Below are positions 11,215 to 22,894 of a stretch of 64,000 nt of DNA, in pieces; positions within the stretch are counted from its first letter, which is position 1, and the number at the start of each line of letters is the position of its first letter. The notes under the pieces are model-generated. The model saw nothing but the letters and a program-made list of their open reading frames with translations. It had not been told where the DNA came from and did no database searches. This DNA comes from Camelus ferus (lineage: Eukaryota). A program made the position numbers and the translations under genes. Location of the stretch: positions 69,256,001 through 69,320,000 of the forward strand of contig NC_045696.1 of the NCBI RefSeq assembly GCF_009834535.1, written 5' to 3'.

Positions 11215-11449
11215 ACAATTGGCATGCATTCCACTGTTTACTGTAACGCCTCTCCTTAAACACTTTTAGGGACCAGTAAAGTAGCACCCGCCACAGCGGG
11301 CAGTTACACGAAGCAGCTCATCCTTCAGATTACCCATCTATATCTTTGTGCCAAACAAAATGGGACTGCATTAAAAGGTTAGAAAATCATACTGTCATGT
11401 AGTGGTTCTTGTTGCTTACGGTTTGTGTTAATCCAACAGGGACAATAAC

Positions 11450-11645
11450 GACAGCTACCATTCAGTGTGTGCTTTCAGCATCCCATGGTCTCTTCCCAAC
11501 AACTCTATAAGAAAGGGGGCTTCTCTGCATTTTACAAGTAAGGAAACTGAGGCCTAGAGAAGTTAAAAACTTGCCCAAGTTCAGCAGCTGGTGAACGGAG
11601 GAGCCAGGATTTGGTCCAGGGTATTTATGTTCCAAAGCCATTTCA
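11450..11645 (-). mobile_element. MIR SINE
   Basis: MIR core cattttacaagtaaggaaactgaggcctagagaagttaaaaacttgcccaag. Confidence 0.8.
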
Positions 11646-11784
11646 ACTCATTCATTCAGCACGTACTGGCTGGGGACCTGTGTGCATAATATAAGTTCAA
11701 GACCCTCAGAAATATAAAAGGTAGGAAGGGGCCCCCTGAAGATATGACTGAGGAGACAGAATACCTGTCAAGAATAGTAAGTGA

Positions 11785-11874
11785 CTGAGGGGAGAGTACA
11801 GCTCAGTGGTAAAGTGCGTGCTTAGCGTGCATGAAGTCCTGGGTTCAGTCCCCAGTACCTCCATTTAAAAGAGA
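11785..11874 (+). mobile_element. tRNA-derived SINE (camelid Vic-1-like) with 15-bp TSD
   Basis: ggggagagtacagctcagtggtaaagtgcgtgcttagcgtgcatgaagtcctgggttcagtccccagtacctcc plus A-rich tail; A/B boxes present. TSD AAGAATAGT(A/C)AGTGA at 11770-11784 and 11875-11889. Confidence 0.9.
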
Positions 11875-13299
11875 AAGAATAGTCAGTGAAAACAGGGCTA
11901 TTACCTACAAATAACAGAGCCATAATTCCCGTGAAGTCCCTTATTGAAGATCCAGAGACTCCTATGTCCTTTACTTCTCAATATTAAAGTTCAGTTTCTC
12001 TGTAAAAATGAAAGGATATATTAAACAATTTTCCCTACTTTACAATAGTTGACATGAGTTTTACTGAATTTTACTTACTTGGAGTAACCTCTGAGATTCT
12101 GTCTATTGAACCTTGATGAAGAGGAGAATGATGAAGGAAACGCAGAATCACTAGGAATATTCTGTGAGTGTCTGAGTGAACCCGGGGATATGCTGAATGC
12201 AGCTGTTTTAATTTAAAAGATGGCAAAGCTCCTCTAGGAGTGCCATGCTCTAGTGTGTGGTGCATGCTTTCCCCCAAGCATTTTTATTCGTTTTGTTAAA
12301 TTCCCCTGCCTTTTGTCATTTTGTCTGTTTTGAGTGAGGGACCCTGAGGAAATTGAGTGAAAATAAGAGGGACCGACGATGAGCCCGGGAGGAGGAATGG
12401 GAGGCCGCTCGCTGAGCTGCAGAGAGCTTGGACCCCGTCACCCTCCCGAGACGCTAACTTTTCCGTCTCCAAAACAAGCGAGTTGAACCAAATGTTCGTT
12501 CAAATCCTGTCAAAAACCAACATTCTCTGAAGGCCAGAAGGAGCGCCCTGAGGGACTAGCTGATGACCAAGGATGACTGACACTCACTGTTAGAGGCACA
12601 ATTCCTGGAAGTGACTCAGAGATACTGCCCCTCCTTTTCTGCCGAGGAAACTGAGGCAGTGGGAACAGTGTGTTAGGGCCAGTCTCTCCTCTCAACCCCA
12701 CTGCTGCTGTGTTCCAGCCTGTGATGAGTCGGCCACAGTCTGTTCAACACAACCAGAAAAGCAGTTCTGGCAGCAGGAGGGGAAAACAAGTGTCAGGATG
12801 ACTAACCACAGCCTCAGAGAGAAAGACGGCTTTTGACAGATAAACCTGAATTATCATTTTAAGACATTAGATGCCCTTTGGTTCATGCCCTGATCCAGAA
12901 AGAGATTGCAACCATTCTCCCCAGCTGTAGATACATCAATCAGCTTGCACTTAAAGGGAATTTTATGTGCAACTGGTAATAGAGGTCAAGAACTTTTGTG
13001 TCTATCAGTCAGTCCCAGGTCTGGGACAGTGTTCTGCCATGAGAGCAAGAAGCCAGCATCCTGCCTGTCAAGCTTGCCAAGAATAGCACCTGGGGTGTCA
13101 TTTAGAATTATCTTCCTCTACCTTTTATTGTTTTGTTGCTCCGAAATGGGGGACTTCAAGAAAATTGGGCAAAAGCCAATCTTGGACCATTTTAGCTCTG
13201 CTTCCCTCCTGAGCATTCCTCTGAGACAAGTCACTGACTCCCAACTGTGGAGCCCACTTCCTCAAAATGCAGTATCAGGGACTCCTATTTAAAGTCACC

Positions 13300-13443
13300 A
13301 GGCTATGGTTGCCCGCTTAAATACAGGACAGTATGTCTCAAGTATTGGGGTGTAAGTACAGTATATGTATATCCTAAGTATTTGTCTGAAATTCAAATTT
13401 AACTGTGCATCCTGTATTTCATTTGCTAAATCAGTCACCCCTA
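13300..13443. mobile_element. MER53-like DNA transposon relic
   Basis: tttgtctgaaattcaaatttaactg...atcctgtattt...tttgctaaatc...caccct with partial inverted termini (ggttgcc...aaatacagga). Confidence 0.65.
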
Positions 13444-14279
13444 TATCTGATCAGCAAGGCAAGTTACACGTAAGTGACAGGGGGCTAAAAGCACAGACAG
13501 CAGTGCAGGCTGTGGAAACAGGACAAATGTTCCACAAAAGGGCTTTACATACAATTTTTTAAAAACACTGGGAGCCAACAAAATGTGTCTGCAGCTGGAT
13601 TTGGCCTGGGGACCACCAGTTTCCAATCTTGGCTTGTTGGAGAGCTCTGAATATCAGGAACTGATCCTCACATTGAGGCAGATTTGCTCCCTGTGTCCCT
13701 GTAACTGTCGACCTGCGATCCTAGTTCCGCTTTCCACCTAGTTCTTCGTCCCCAAGATCGCCCGTTAGATATTCGAAGATCCCTCCCAGTTTGCCTCCAC
13801 ACTCTAGCTGAACAATTCCTAGTCCTCCCAGTGTTTCTCTCCTGGCCTGCTTGGCTCCCAGACTCCCCACCCTGGTGCCTCTCTTCTGTGCGGATCACAG
13901 ATTCCCCCCCACCCCCCCCACTACACTCCCCACCCCCGTCTTGGCTGCAGTCTAAGGCGGGCAGACTACATCCGGAGGAGGATAGTTGAGTTCTTTCACC
14001 CTCCATTCTCAGATATATGCTGTTCTTGACTAAGCTCAGATTTTCTGACTTCCTACCAGTCCTGATATGGGCCCGGTCACACTTCCCCAAGAGCTAGCAT
14101 TTCAGTTCAAGGACTAGAGAGTTCCTGTCCCCTCTGAGGAGTTAGAAGTGGATTCAAATCTTGTCATTTGCCCATGTTAACTCTAAATCTGATAATCTAA
14201 CATGTATAACCTCAATTTCCTTATTTGTAAAACAAACAGAATACTTACTTTGTGTGAGATTATATATGAAAAATGCATT

Positions 14280-14893
14280 TCATGCATTGTTTGTAGTAGT
14301 TATATTCTATAATGCCTGTGAACACCGAAAAGCAAACACTAAACTAGTTTTTCCTAAAAGAACTACAGGACTAGGTTTCTGTGAGTCTCTGGTCACAACA
14401 TTCTTGTCAACTAACCAATACATAACCTTTTTTGTGCATTTCTGTTTAAAGACACCTTATTTAATGTACATTGTTGATCCATTAACACTGAACTCACAGC
14501 TAACTCATGCCTGCAGGAAGATTATCTAACACGTATTTTCTCTTTAAGGCACATCACAGCCTTCTTGTGCTTAGGAACACTGGAGAGCATTTTGGCACTG
14601 CCTTTGCAGGTGATTATATACAGCTAAATCATAAACCAAAAGGACATGATGCAAAAAACATAGCACTAAGCACTGCAGAAAGGACTCGTTTCTAGTTGAG
14701 AGCTGAAGCAAGAAGGCCAGAGGGTTGGACCTCTACTGGGAATGGGCACATTGGGTGCCAAATTTTCACTGCTGTGTTCATGTTGGTAAATGACCTAAAA
14801 AGCACCATGAGCAGTGATTTGGAGATTACAAACAAATTTTAGTGAGTGGGTGAATTCATGAATACAAAAATCTGTAATAACGAAGATCAACTG
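14280..14893. mobile_element. MER82-like (TcMar-Tigger) element
   Basis: Starts gtagttatattctataa...gaacaccgaa and ends gtgaattcatgaatac...taacgaagatcaactg; ~610 bp. Confidence 0.65.
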
Positions 14894-15033
14894 GACTTCC
14901 CACCATGGCCGACATGCTTGTACCACCATCTCCTCAGCCTTAAGGACCTCTGTTACCAAGTTGTTCTGTTTTTTTTTTTTTTCACTTGTTTAGCTTTTTC
15001 ATACCTCTTTCTGCGCCCCAGTTGTTTTCAAAA

Positions 15034-15725
15034 AGCATCTCTGCATTTTTAGCAGATGCTTCATAGTCAGGAAGAAATACAGCAGAATCATCCAACCCAT
15101 CCTTTTGCCTTGAAAAAGAGCCACCTTTCACAGGAGTCTGGCTTTCTCTTGGTTTTCCCATCTGCCTCCCTTCTGGTTCCAGCTGCCACGAGTTCCCATG
15201 GCCAGCAGGGTCCTCCCTAGAGCTCACACACATCCCCCATGTTTTCTCACGTCTCAGTTTCTCTTACTTGGGGTCTCTCAGGCAACAGAGGGCAATGAAT
15301 CGCCATGCTTTCCTTCCAGCTCTTTGGCTGACTAGCCTTTGGTACATCCAGGAGAGAAAGATGCCTTGTGGGTGTGACTCCCAGACACCTCCCTCCTCTA
15401 CCTCTTCGCTCAAGCCTCAAACTTCAAAATCAGGGAGTTTTATACCTGGAGGGGCTGGGGGCCTTCTCATTCACTGTAACAACGTGGTGAGTTGGGGCTT
15501 ACTAACCCCAGTTTACAGACAAGGAATTCAGGCTCAGAGAGGTTAAACAATGTGTCCATGGTCTCTGGTTCCAAAGTTCTGGTTCTTTCCACTGTACTGT
15601 GCAGTTTCTGCTTCTCAACCTTCACAACACAGAACCAGGGTACTCTGTCAGTCACAGCATCTCTGCATTTTTAGCAGATGCTTCATAGTTGGGAAGAAAT
15701 ACATCAGAATCATCCAACCCATCCT
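15034..15725 (+). repeat. Dispersed 70-bp direct repeat pair (15034-15103 and 15656-15725)
   Basis: AGCATCTCTGCATTTTTAGCAGATGCTTCATAGT..GGAAGAAATACA.CAGAATCATCCAACCCATCCT; 67/70 identical. Confidence 0.95.
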
Positions 15726-15732
15726 ATTTCTT

Positions 15733-16269
15733 TTCTTTTCTTTTCAAGGAGCTTTATTGAGATTTAATCCACATACCATACAATTCACCTGTCCCAAATG
15801 TACAACGCACTGGTTTTTAGTGTATTCACAGATATGGGAAACCATCTCCACAGTCAATTTTAGAGCATTTTTGTCACCTTAAAGAGAAACCCCGTCCCCT
15901 TTGGGGATTACCACTATTGCCCCCCGCCCTGAGCAATCAGTCATCTACTTTCTGTATCTATATATTTGCCTATTCTGGATATTTTAGGTACATGAAATCA
16001 GATAATATGTGGTCTTTTGTGACTGGCTTCTTTCACTTAACTATGTTTTCAAGAGTCATCCTGTTGGATCACGTACCCATGTTTCCTTCCTTTTTATGGC
16101 CAAATAATATTCCATTGTAGGGATATGCCGGATTTTGTTTGTCCATTCACTCGTTAATGAACATTCAAATAGTACTGCTATAAACGCTTGTGTGCATGTT
16201 TTTATGCGGCATGTAGTTTCATGTCCCTCGAGTGTATATACCTAGGCATGCACTTGCTGGGAGCGTGAG
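15733..16269 (-). mobile_element. L1 (L1MB-like) 3' fragment with TSD
   Basis: T-rich tail then agctttattgagat...cacataccatacaattcac...; TSD CTATTTCTT at 15724-15732 and 16270-16278. Confidence 0.85.
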
Positions 16270-18559
16270 CTATTTCTTCTTAAATGCTGGGAGCCTGTGG
16301 GGACCTGAAGCCCCACAGCCCTAGGTTCAGTCCTAACTCTCCCGCTTTCTAGTTGTCAGATTTCAGGCAAACACATCTCTCTTAGTCTTAGCTTTCTTGT
16401 ATGTGAAATAGAGATAATTACACCTACTTTCTGGTGGTTTTGCTAGCATTAGATGAGCTAGTAAGAGGAAATTCCTAGTCTAGAGAATGAGCCAAAGGAG
16501 CAGGTACTTAATAGAGACAGCCATTCTAGAATCTCCCACATACAGAATCCCTGCTGGAGGAGGCACAAGAGGGGCTGTTGGTGCTGGAAAGCTTGGGAAC
16601 CCACGGGCTGGTGGTCTCTTCAGCCCCTCCCCTCTTTAATGATCAGTTATAGGTGTCTGTGAGTAACTTTATGAGCACCTGCCTGGCGAGCAGGTGGAAG
16701 GGGCAGTGGGCAGTGGAGACGAGGCAGTGGGGGGTGGGGGTACAGGGGAGCAGAGAGCTCTGTGCTGCCGAGGGGAGCAGCTAGCGCACAGAAAGGGAAG
16801 TTAATCTCTCTCATTTCACTTCTGCCAAGCCTCCTCCTACCCCTTGGGCTTCTCTTATCTCGGCTAAATGATCTCATTTCCTTTCACTTTGGTGAAATGG
16901 TTTCTTGTTTCCCCAGCATCCGTGTGGCCCTTTGTGAGTCAGCAACCACCGGGGCTCAGTACCCTGGTTGAGCGGTTCTGGAACTGATTAGCTCTGAGGG
17001 AAATCCTGCCAGCGCTTTGTCCCTTGGGAGCGCAGTGGGCAGAGATTTGTCCGCATTGTTCACGCCCCACCTCCCTGAACAGGCCACATTAGCCTGCCCA
17101 CTGAACCGTGGGGCCGGACAATGGTGGGCCTGGCCGGACTGCTGACCTCCACGGTTCTCCGCACACACTGGATGCTTTGCCCAAGCCCCCGGGAAACCAG
17201 ATGACCCTGACTGGCCTGGTGTTCCAGGACCCGGTACTCAGGACAGCAAGAGAAATCTTCAGACTGTGTTCTGGTGATCAGGGGGAGGGGGCTTCCTGCA
17301 GGTTGGTTGTAAACTAGAAATAAAAATATCTCAACCACTAACGAGATTTTGGGACCTCCTCTAAAGCCAGGGGTCCTTGAGGTGGTGAGGGGGTCACATT
17401 CGATGGCTGTGTCTCACAGCCACATGGCAGCAGCTCATGTCTGCAAGTGCATATTCCAGAGTTTATAGACCTTTCACATGCAGTTCCTCATTTGCCCCTC
17501 ACCCTGGTTATGTGAGGAAAAAAAGAGAGTCATTGTTATTCCCATTTTACAGGTAAATAAACTGTCATGGAAGGGCTCTGTGATTGTAGGCATTATTATA
17601 GACTTCTGAGGCCCCCACATCAATAGCAGCCCTTTGGAGTAACAGAAATTCATGCCAAAAGTCTCTCTCATAATATGACATTTTAAGAATGCCATTTCTC
17701 TTGTTTTTCTCAGAAGTATAATGTATAGTTTCAGAGTAGGTGGCTCATACAGTGTCACATAACATTAGCGAAATATAAGGGAGCACAGGAGTGCTGGGCT
17801 GGGGAGGCACATGTGAGTACCTGTAAGTCCATATCAGAAAGACAAAGAGAGATGCTTTTTGTTTATCCATTGTTTTGTTTTATCTCCTGCCTGTCTGCCC
17901 TCCATTCTTCTGGTTTCCAGCTGGGCTCTGTCATACTGGAAAGATGCGTTCGGCAGGTCTAGCAAACAAAATGGAGGCTCGATGGCTTATCCTTCCGAAA
18001 TATTCCCTTCTAAGCAAATCCAATTTATGAAAAGTTTCCAGTGTGCAAAATAAGGCAATTAGGAGAGAATATTAACTTAAAATGGCTACCAATGGGAGTC
18101 TTTTAAAAATTCACATTTAAAGTTTCAACAAAAATTCAGTGCTCATAGAAGGTTTACCATTGAAGAGTTGTATGTTAAGTGAGAGGATCTGGGTGGCAGG
18201 AGCTGAGGTTCCCAGACCCGTCAGAGGAGATGCTTGAAGTCTGACAGTCTCATCCTGTCCCCTGAAAAGAGGACCCCTTCCCTGCTTTGGGGTCTGCACT
18301 GACGAGGAGACAATCCATCACACACAATCTCCAAGACACAAAATGTTTTCTGTCTTTTCTGTCTAAATCCCTGTCTTTCTCTGTCTCTGTCTCTGTCTGT
18401 CTGTCTCTTGTTTGTTAACCAACTGAGTGAAGCGCAATTACAGGGGAGGTTCCCTTGGTCTGAAATGGACCCTGCAGCCCAGAGAAGAAGGAGGAAATCA
18501 CCACCTCTGTCTTGAGAAACCCAGGAAAGAGGATGTGATTGATTGATTTACTTATTTAC

Positions 18560-18985
18560 TCATTTGGGGGGTTAGCCTCATTAAATTCACCCTTTTTAAA
18601 GTATTTGGTTTGATGAGTCTTGACACATGTATACAGTTGTGTGAAAAACAACACAATCAAGACATAGAACATTTTCATCACCCAATCAAATTCCTGTGTC
18701 CCTTTGTAGCTAATCCCCTCCACCCTCCCTGCTCTGGCAACCCCTGAGCAGCCTTCTCTCCCCATAGCTCACCTTGCCAAGAACGTCACAGAGGTGGAAC
18801 TATGCCGTATGCACCCTTCTGTGCCTGGCTTTTTCCACCCAACCTAAGTCTATCGAGAGCCAAGTTGTTGTGTATTAGTCATTTACCTATTTTTCATCCC
18901 TGAGTGGTGTTCCATTGTATGGATGTATCACGTTTTGTTTTACCATTCACCAGTGGAAGGAAATTGGGCTGTTTCCAGAAGTCCT
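18560..18985 (-). mobile_element. Ancient L1 (L1MC/MD-like) 3' fragment
   Basis: ttgacacatgtatacagttgtgt...acaatcaagacatagaacattttcatcaccc, ttccattgtatggatgtatcac, ttgggctgtttccag. Confidence 0.75.
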
Positions 18986-19549
18986 GCTTTGTTGACAGTT
19001 GCTTCAAACCACACAGAGTGGGTATCCAGCCAGAGAAGTTTCCACAAGATAACCATACTCTTTCCCTTCTCTCTACTCGGGTGATATAGTTTGGGGAGGT
19101 GCTTAGAACTGCCTGGAAATCCTGAGTTGGCAAAATGACACGCAGGGAGGGGAACCTGCCGGCCTCAGCTCCCTGGGGACCTTGACTGTATCCATCATTA
19201 TCCGTTCAGAGGGTCTAGTCACCAGCTGGTAGTGCTGGGCCCAGGTCCAGCTTCTGCCCCATCCGGGCTCACAGGCTCACAGGTGGCCAGGCTGACCCAG
19301 GGGAGGGCTCACCAGCATTAGCCTCCGGGATGTGAGAGTGGTGCATGGGAGTAGGTTGCCAGGCCCAGGACTGGTGGGAATAGCTTCGTTTAGAGTTTCG
19401 AAATGTTTAGACATCTGGTGAGTGGGCCTGAATTTGCACTCTTGCTCCAGGCCTGCAAATGTTAACAAGGGCCCGCTCCTGGTTGTATCTGGGGAGGGCT
19501 CCTGGGAGCCTCTCCACACACTCCCTAAGCCAGTGGCCGCGTCGGCACC

Positions 19550-19564
19550 GGCGCCCTCTAGCGG
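19550..19564 (-). promoter_or_regulatory. Consensus CTCF motif
   Basis: Minus strand CCGCTAGAGGGCGCC, in a small CpG-retaining patch (gccgcgtcggcaccggcgccctctagcgg). Confidence 0.7.
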
Positions 19565-19929
19565 TTCACAGGGACAAATTCTGTATCTGAAAGTTCCTGC
19601 TCTGCCCGCAGTGTAGCTTCTGAGCTGGGAGAATCTTACCTCATTGTTCCATCTGGTCTGTGACTGACAGCAACTGTCAGGCCAGGAGAAAACAACCCAT
19701 GCTCGGCAGTCCTCCTCGGTGTCCCCAGTCCGCTCCCTCACCCACAGCCCACAGCAGCTCTTTCCTCCTCACTACCCTCCAGCCCCCACCACATGCCCCA
19801 GTCTCTCCAGATACCCCACCTCCTACATGGTGGGAAGAAGAAAGCCCACAGGGCCAGCGTTTGCTCAGCTCCCCTCCCCCCTGGCACATTTCTTCCTGTC
19901 TCTACAACATCTGGGCTCCTGGACATTTT

Positions 19930-20950
19930 GTTCTGTGTCCTCTTCCCACTTGACTCTCCGATGGATTCAACCTTCTCCTCTCTCTCCACATAAATGACTC
20001 GCACATCTATGTCTCCAGAGCCACCCTCTCTCCTGAGTGTCAGGACGCAGCCATCACCATGCCCTCATCTTCTCCCATATCCACTTGGTCACAGAATCCT
20101 GACCAGTCTACCTTCCCTGGAATCCTCAGTGCCTCCCTTTCTGCTGCATCCCCAGCCCCATCTGCCTCATGCCTCTGCTTCTGTCCTCGAGGAATCCTCT
20201 CCCCAGGAGGTATCCTCCCACCAGGCTTCCAACCATCTCTCACTCCTCCCCAGCCCCCTGCCTGAGTGTTCTTTCTAAAACACAGTTGAGATTGTGTCAC
20301 TTCCTTGATTTAAACCCTTCTCGTTAATCTCTCAGGTTCGGAGTGTTCTGAACAAAATCCAGATTTTGCAGACCATGACACATGTCCCTCGTGACTCATG
20401 TCCCTCGTGACACAGCCCTCTGTGCCAAGGGCCTGGGTGTGCAGTCGTGCAGGGTGCGCCCTGAGCCATCCAGCCAGGAGTGGGGTGTCCGAGTGCGGTT
20501 GGAGAAGGGGGCTTGGGGAGGCCCCAGGTCAGCAGAGGTGCTCACAGACCTCATCTCTTTCCACTCCCCCAGCTTCCTGCCCCCACCCCCAGTCCCCTGC
20601 ACTCACAGTGAATCTTTGACAGTTCTTCAAATGCATTTCCTACCAGGAATACCCCTCCCTAACAGTTTGCCAGAGAGGCTTCTCATCCTTGATATCAGCT
20701 CAGATGTCTCCCAGGTGGGGAGCAGGAGGAAGGGAGGGGTCTTCTCTGACGACATCGACTCCTCCTCGGATATGGCTACGTGCTCTCTTCTGAGCTCCTT
20801 TAACTCTGCCCGCCTCACCGCTACCCGGGCCCTCCGCCTCCTGAGTTGTCGTCGTCTCTCCACGGTCCTCTTCCTCTTTAGACGGTGAACTCCTTAGGTC
20901 AAAGGCTGTGTCTTGTCCGCATCCCGCCAGGGTGGATGTTTGTTGCCACG
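19930..20950 (+). mobile_element. Degenerate L2 fragments
   Basis: atgactc...catctatgtctccag, cctcccaccaggcttcc, ttctaaaacaca...tgtgtcacttcct...ttaaaaccctt-like motifs, gtgaactcctt...ggctgtgtctt. Confidence 0.5.
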
Positions 20951-22894
20951 TGGACACTTACTCTGCACCTGCTGTGTGTCCGGTGCTTCGGGGACTGTCG
21001 CCCGTACTGCTGGGCTCAGAATCATAAGAAAGGTTTCTCTTGAAGACCTAAACTTAAGTATAATTCATCAAGGATCACAGCTGAGATCCTCAAAGTCATC
21101 TTCAGGAGACAGAAAGTCTCCTCATCCTCCAAGTTTCATTGTCCCCCAGTTGACATGAAAAAGGTCTTTATGTGCAGGAACGAGGTCAGCCATGGAATCC
21201 AAGAAAAGTCAAGTCCCAGGGATAGATGTTGAGTGAGGAGGTGAGGAGGCGAGGATATCCAAACGCTGCCCTGGGAAGAGAAGCCTGGGCGGTACTGGGT
21301 GATACTTTCAGATGTCACGGTCCCAAAGGCACAAGCAAGCAGGAGGCACACCTGCGGTGGCTGGAGTCACCAGCCTACACCTGTCAGACATCTAGGTCCT
21401 GTAACTCCCCTCATTCTGAGTCTGTGTTTTTGAGACATGACTGATCCTGACCTGGCTTCCAAGTAATGCGACTGCTGTTGGTCATGAGGGCTCGAGTGGT
21501 CTGTGTCCTCTGAGTTATTCCTCATTGTAAGTTACTGACCTGGATGAGCCCATCTTCATTGTGCTGATACAAGCCAGTGCCTGGGCTTACAAGGCTCAAG
21601 GCCAGATCTTGGATTGGGACAACTTTACCAAAGCGAGGAAAGATACTCTGTGAAAAATCTTAGGACACACACAGCATCCCCAGGAGGTGACACGTCAGTG
21701 GAGCTGCGTAGTTACGAATGAGAAGTTTTTGACTTTAGACACACAGCCAGATACCATGGTTAACCATACAGGCTCTGGGACTAGATGTCACAGGTGCAAA
21801 TCCCGGTAAGTTATTTATTCTTTCTGTGCCTCAATTTCCTCATCTGTTAAATGGGAATTGTAAAACTACCTCCCTGGCTATCATCATTTTCTCTGCATCT
21901 TAAGCCCATTCCATCGTTGCAGGAATCCTCAGCCAGAAATGCTAAATGAGAAGTTCTAGGTAAGGAAACTAGATCTCAGGGGGATGCAGTAATTGGCCTA
22001 GGATCACAGAGCCACAAGTCACAGAGTCCAGATTCAAACCCAGGGCATCCATTCTCTCTGCTTCACCTACCACCTTACCAGGCAAGACTCCATGGCTTCC
22101 AGTTTGGAGCCCCAGGTAGGGGCCAGGGGCCTCCACATTGGTTCCAGCTGCTGCTTTAACTCAGCACTAACCTTCCACTGCTGCGGGCAACCCCCTCTAG
22201 CAAAGGGAAGCCCCCACAGGCTTCGGAGGTTTTCATCAGCTCAGTGGAGTTGGAGGCTGGCTTGTTTCTGGTGGACAGAGATTTTTTTTTGCCCTTGTAT
22301 AAACACTAGCATAGAGTTCCCTGTTTCTAACAAAAAAGATTGATATTTTAATCAACTAAATTTGATTTTTTAAAAAATCATCTAAAGCGATGATAGCCTG
22401 AGATGCAAAGCCCCCGGGGTGCTATTAGCAATTTGGCATTTCCACGTCTGATGGGAGTATCAATGGCACTCCAGAAGCGCTGTGATTATGATTAAGAGAT
22501 TGTCACTGTAGAAACTTAGAAGTGTGAATGCAGCATAGGAACAGAAGCCAACATCCCACCAGAGCCGGTTGTGCATGTAAGTTTCTGTTGGCTTCCCCCT
22601 TTGCAACCGGGTTCTAATCTCATTACAAGGAACACCAAGAAGTGTCCTAGGATTAAAGACTATTTGAGCTGTTAGGGATGTTAAAGCATCTAGTCCATTG
22701 CCCTACCTTGCAGAAGAGGAAACTATGGGCCAGAAAGGATGCATGCCTTGCCCAAGGTCACAAAGTTCATCAGGGCACAGCCAGGAGTGGAATCCAGGTC
22801 TTTTGCCTCCAGACCAGTGCGCTCTGTCTTATACCATTAATGGGCTGCCTCTATGCATTCATTCTGAGCTTTAGTTTTCCCCTCTGTAAATTAG

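Noticed and set aside
11789..11862. tRNA gene-like sequence (also 57891-57968)
   Set aside because: A-rich tails, TSDs and degenerate cloverleaf pairing indicate SINE copies, not tRNA genes.
20381..20411. 16-bp tandem duplication (similar 15-bp duplication near 1249-1275)
   Set aside because: Two-copy slippage events, common and uninformative; not an array.
20627..20863. Arg-rich protamine-like ORF MERRRQLRRRRARVAVRR
   Set aside because: Non-ATG start, antisense to a CpG-rich L2 relic, and no promoter or poly(A) context.
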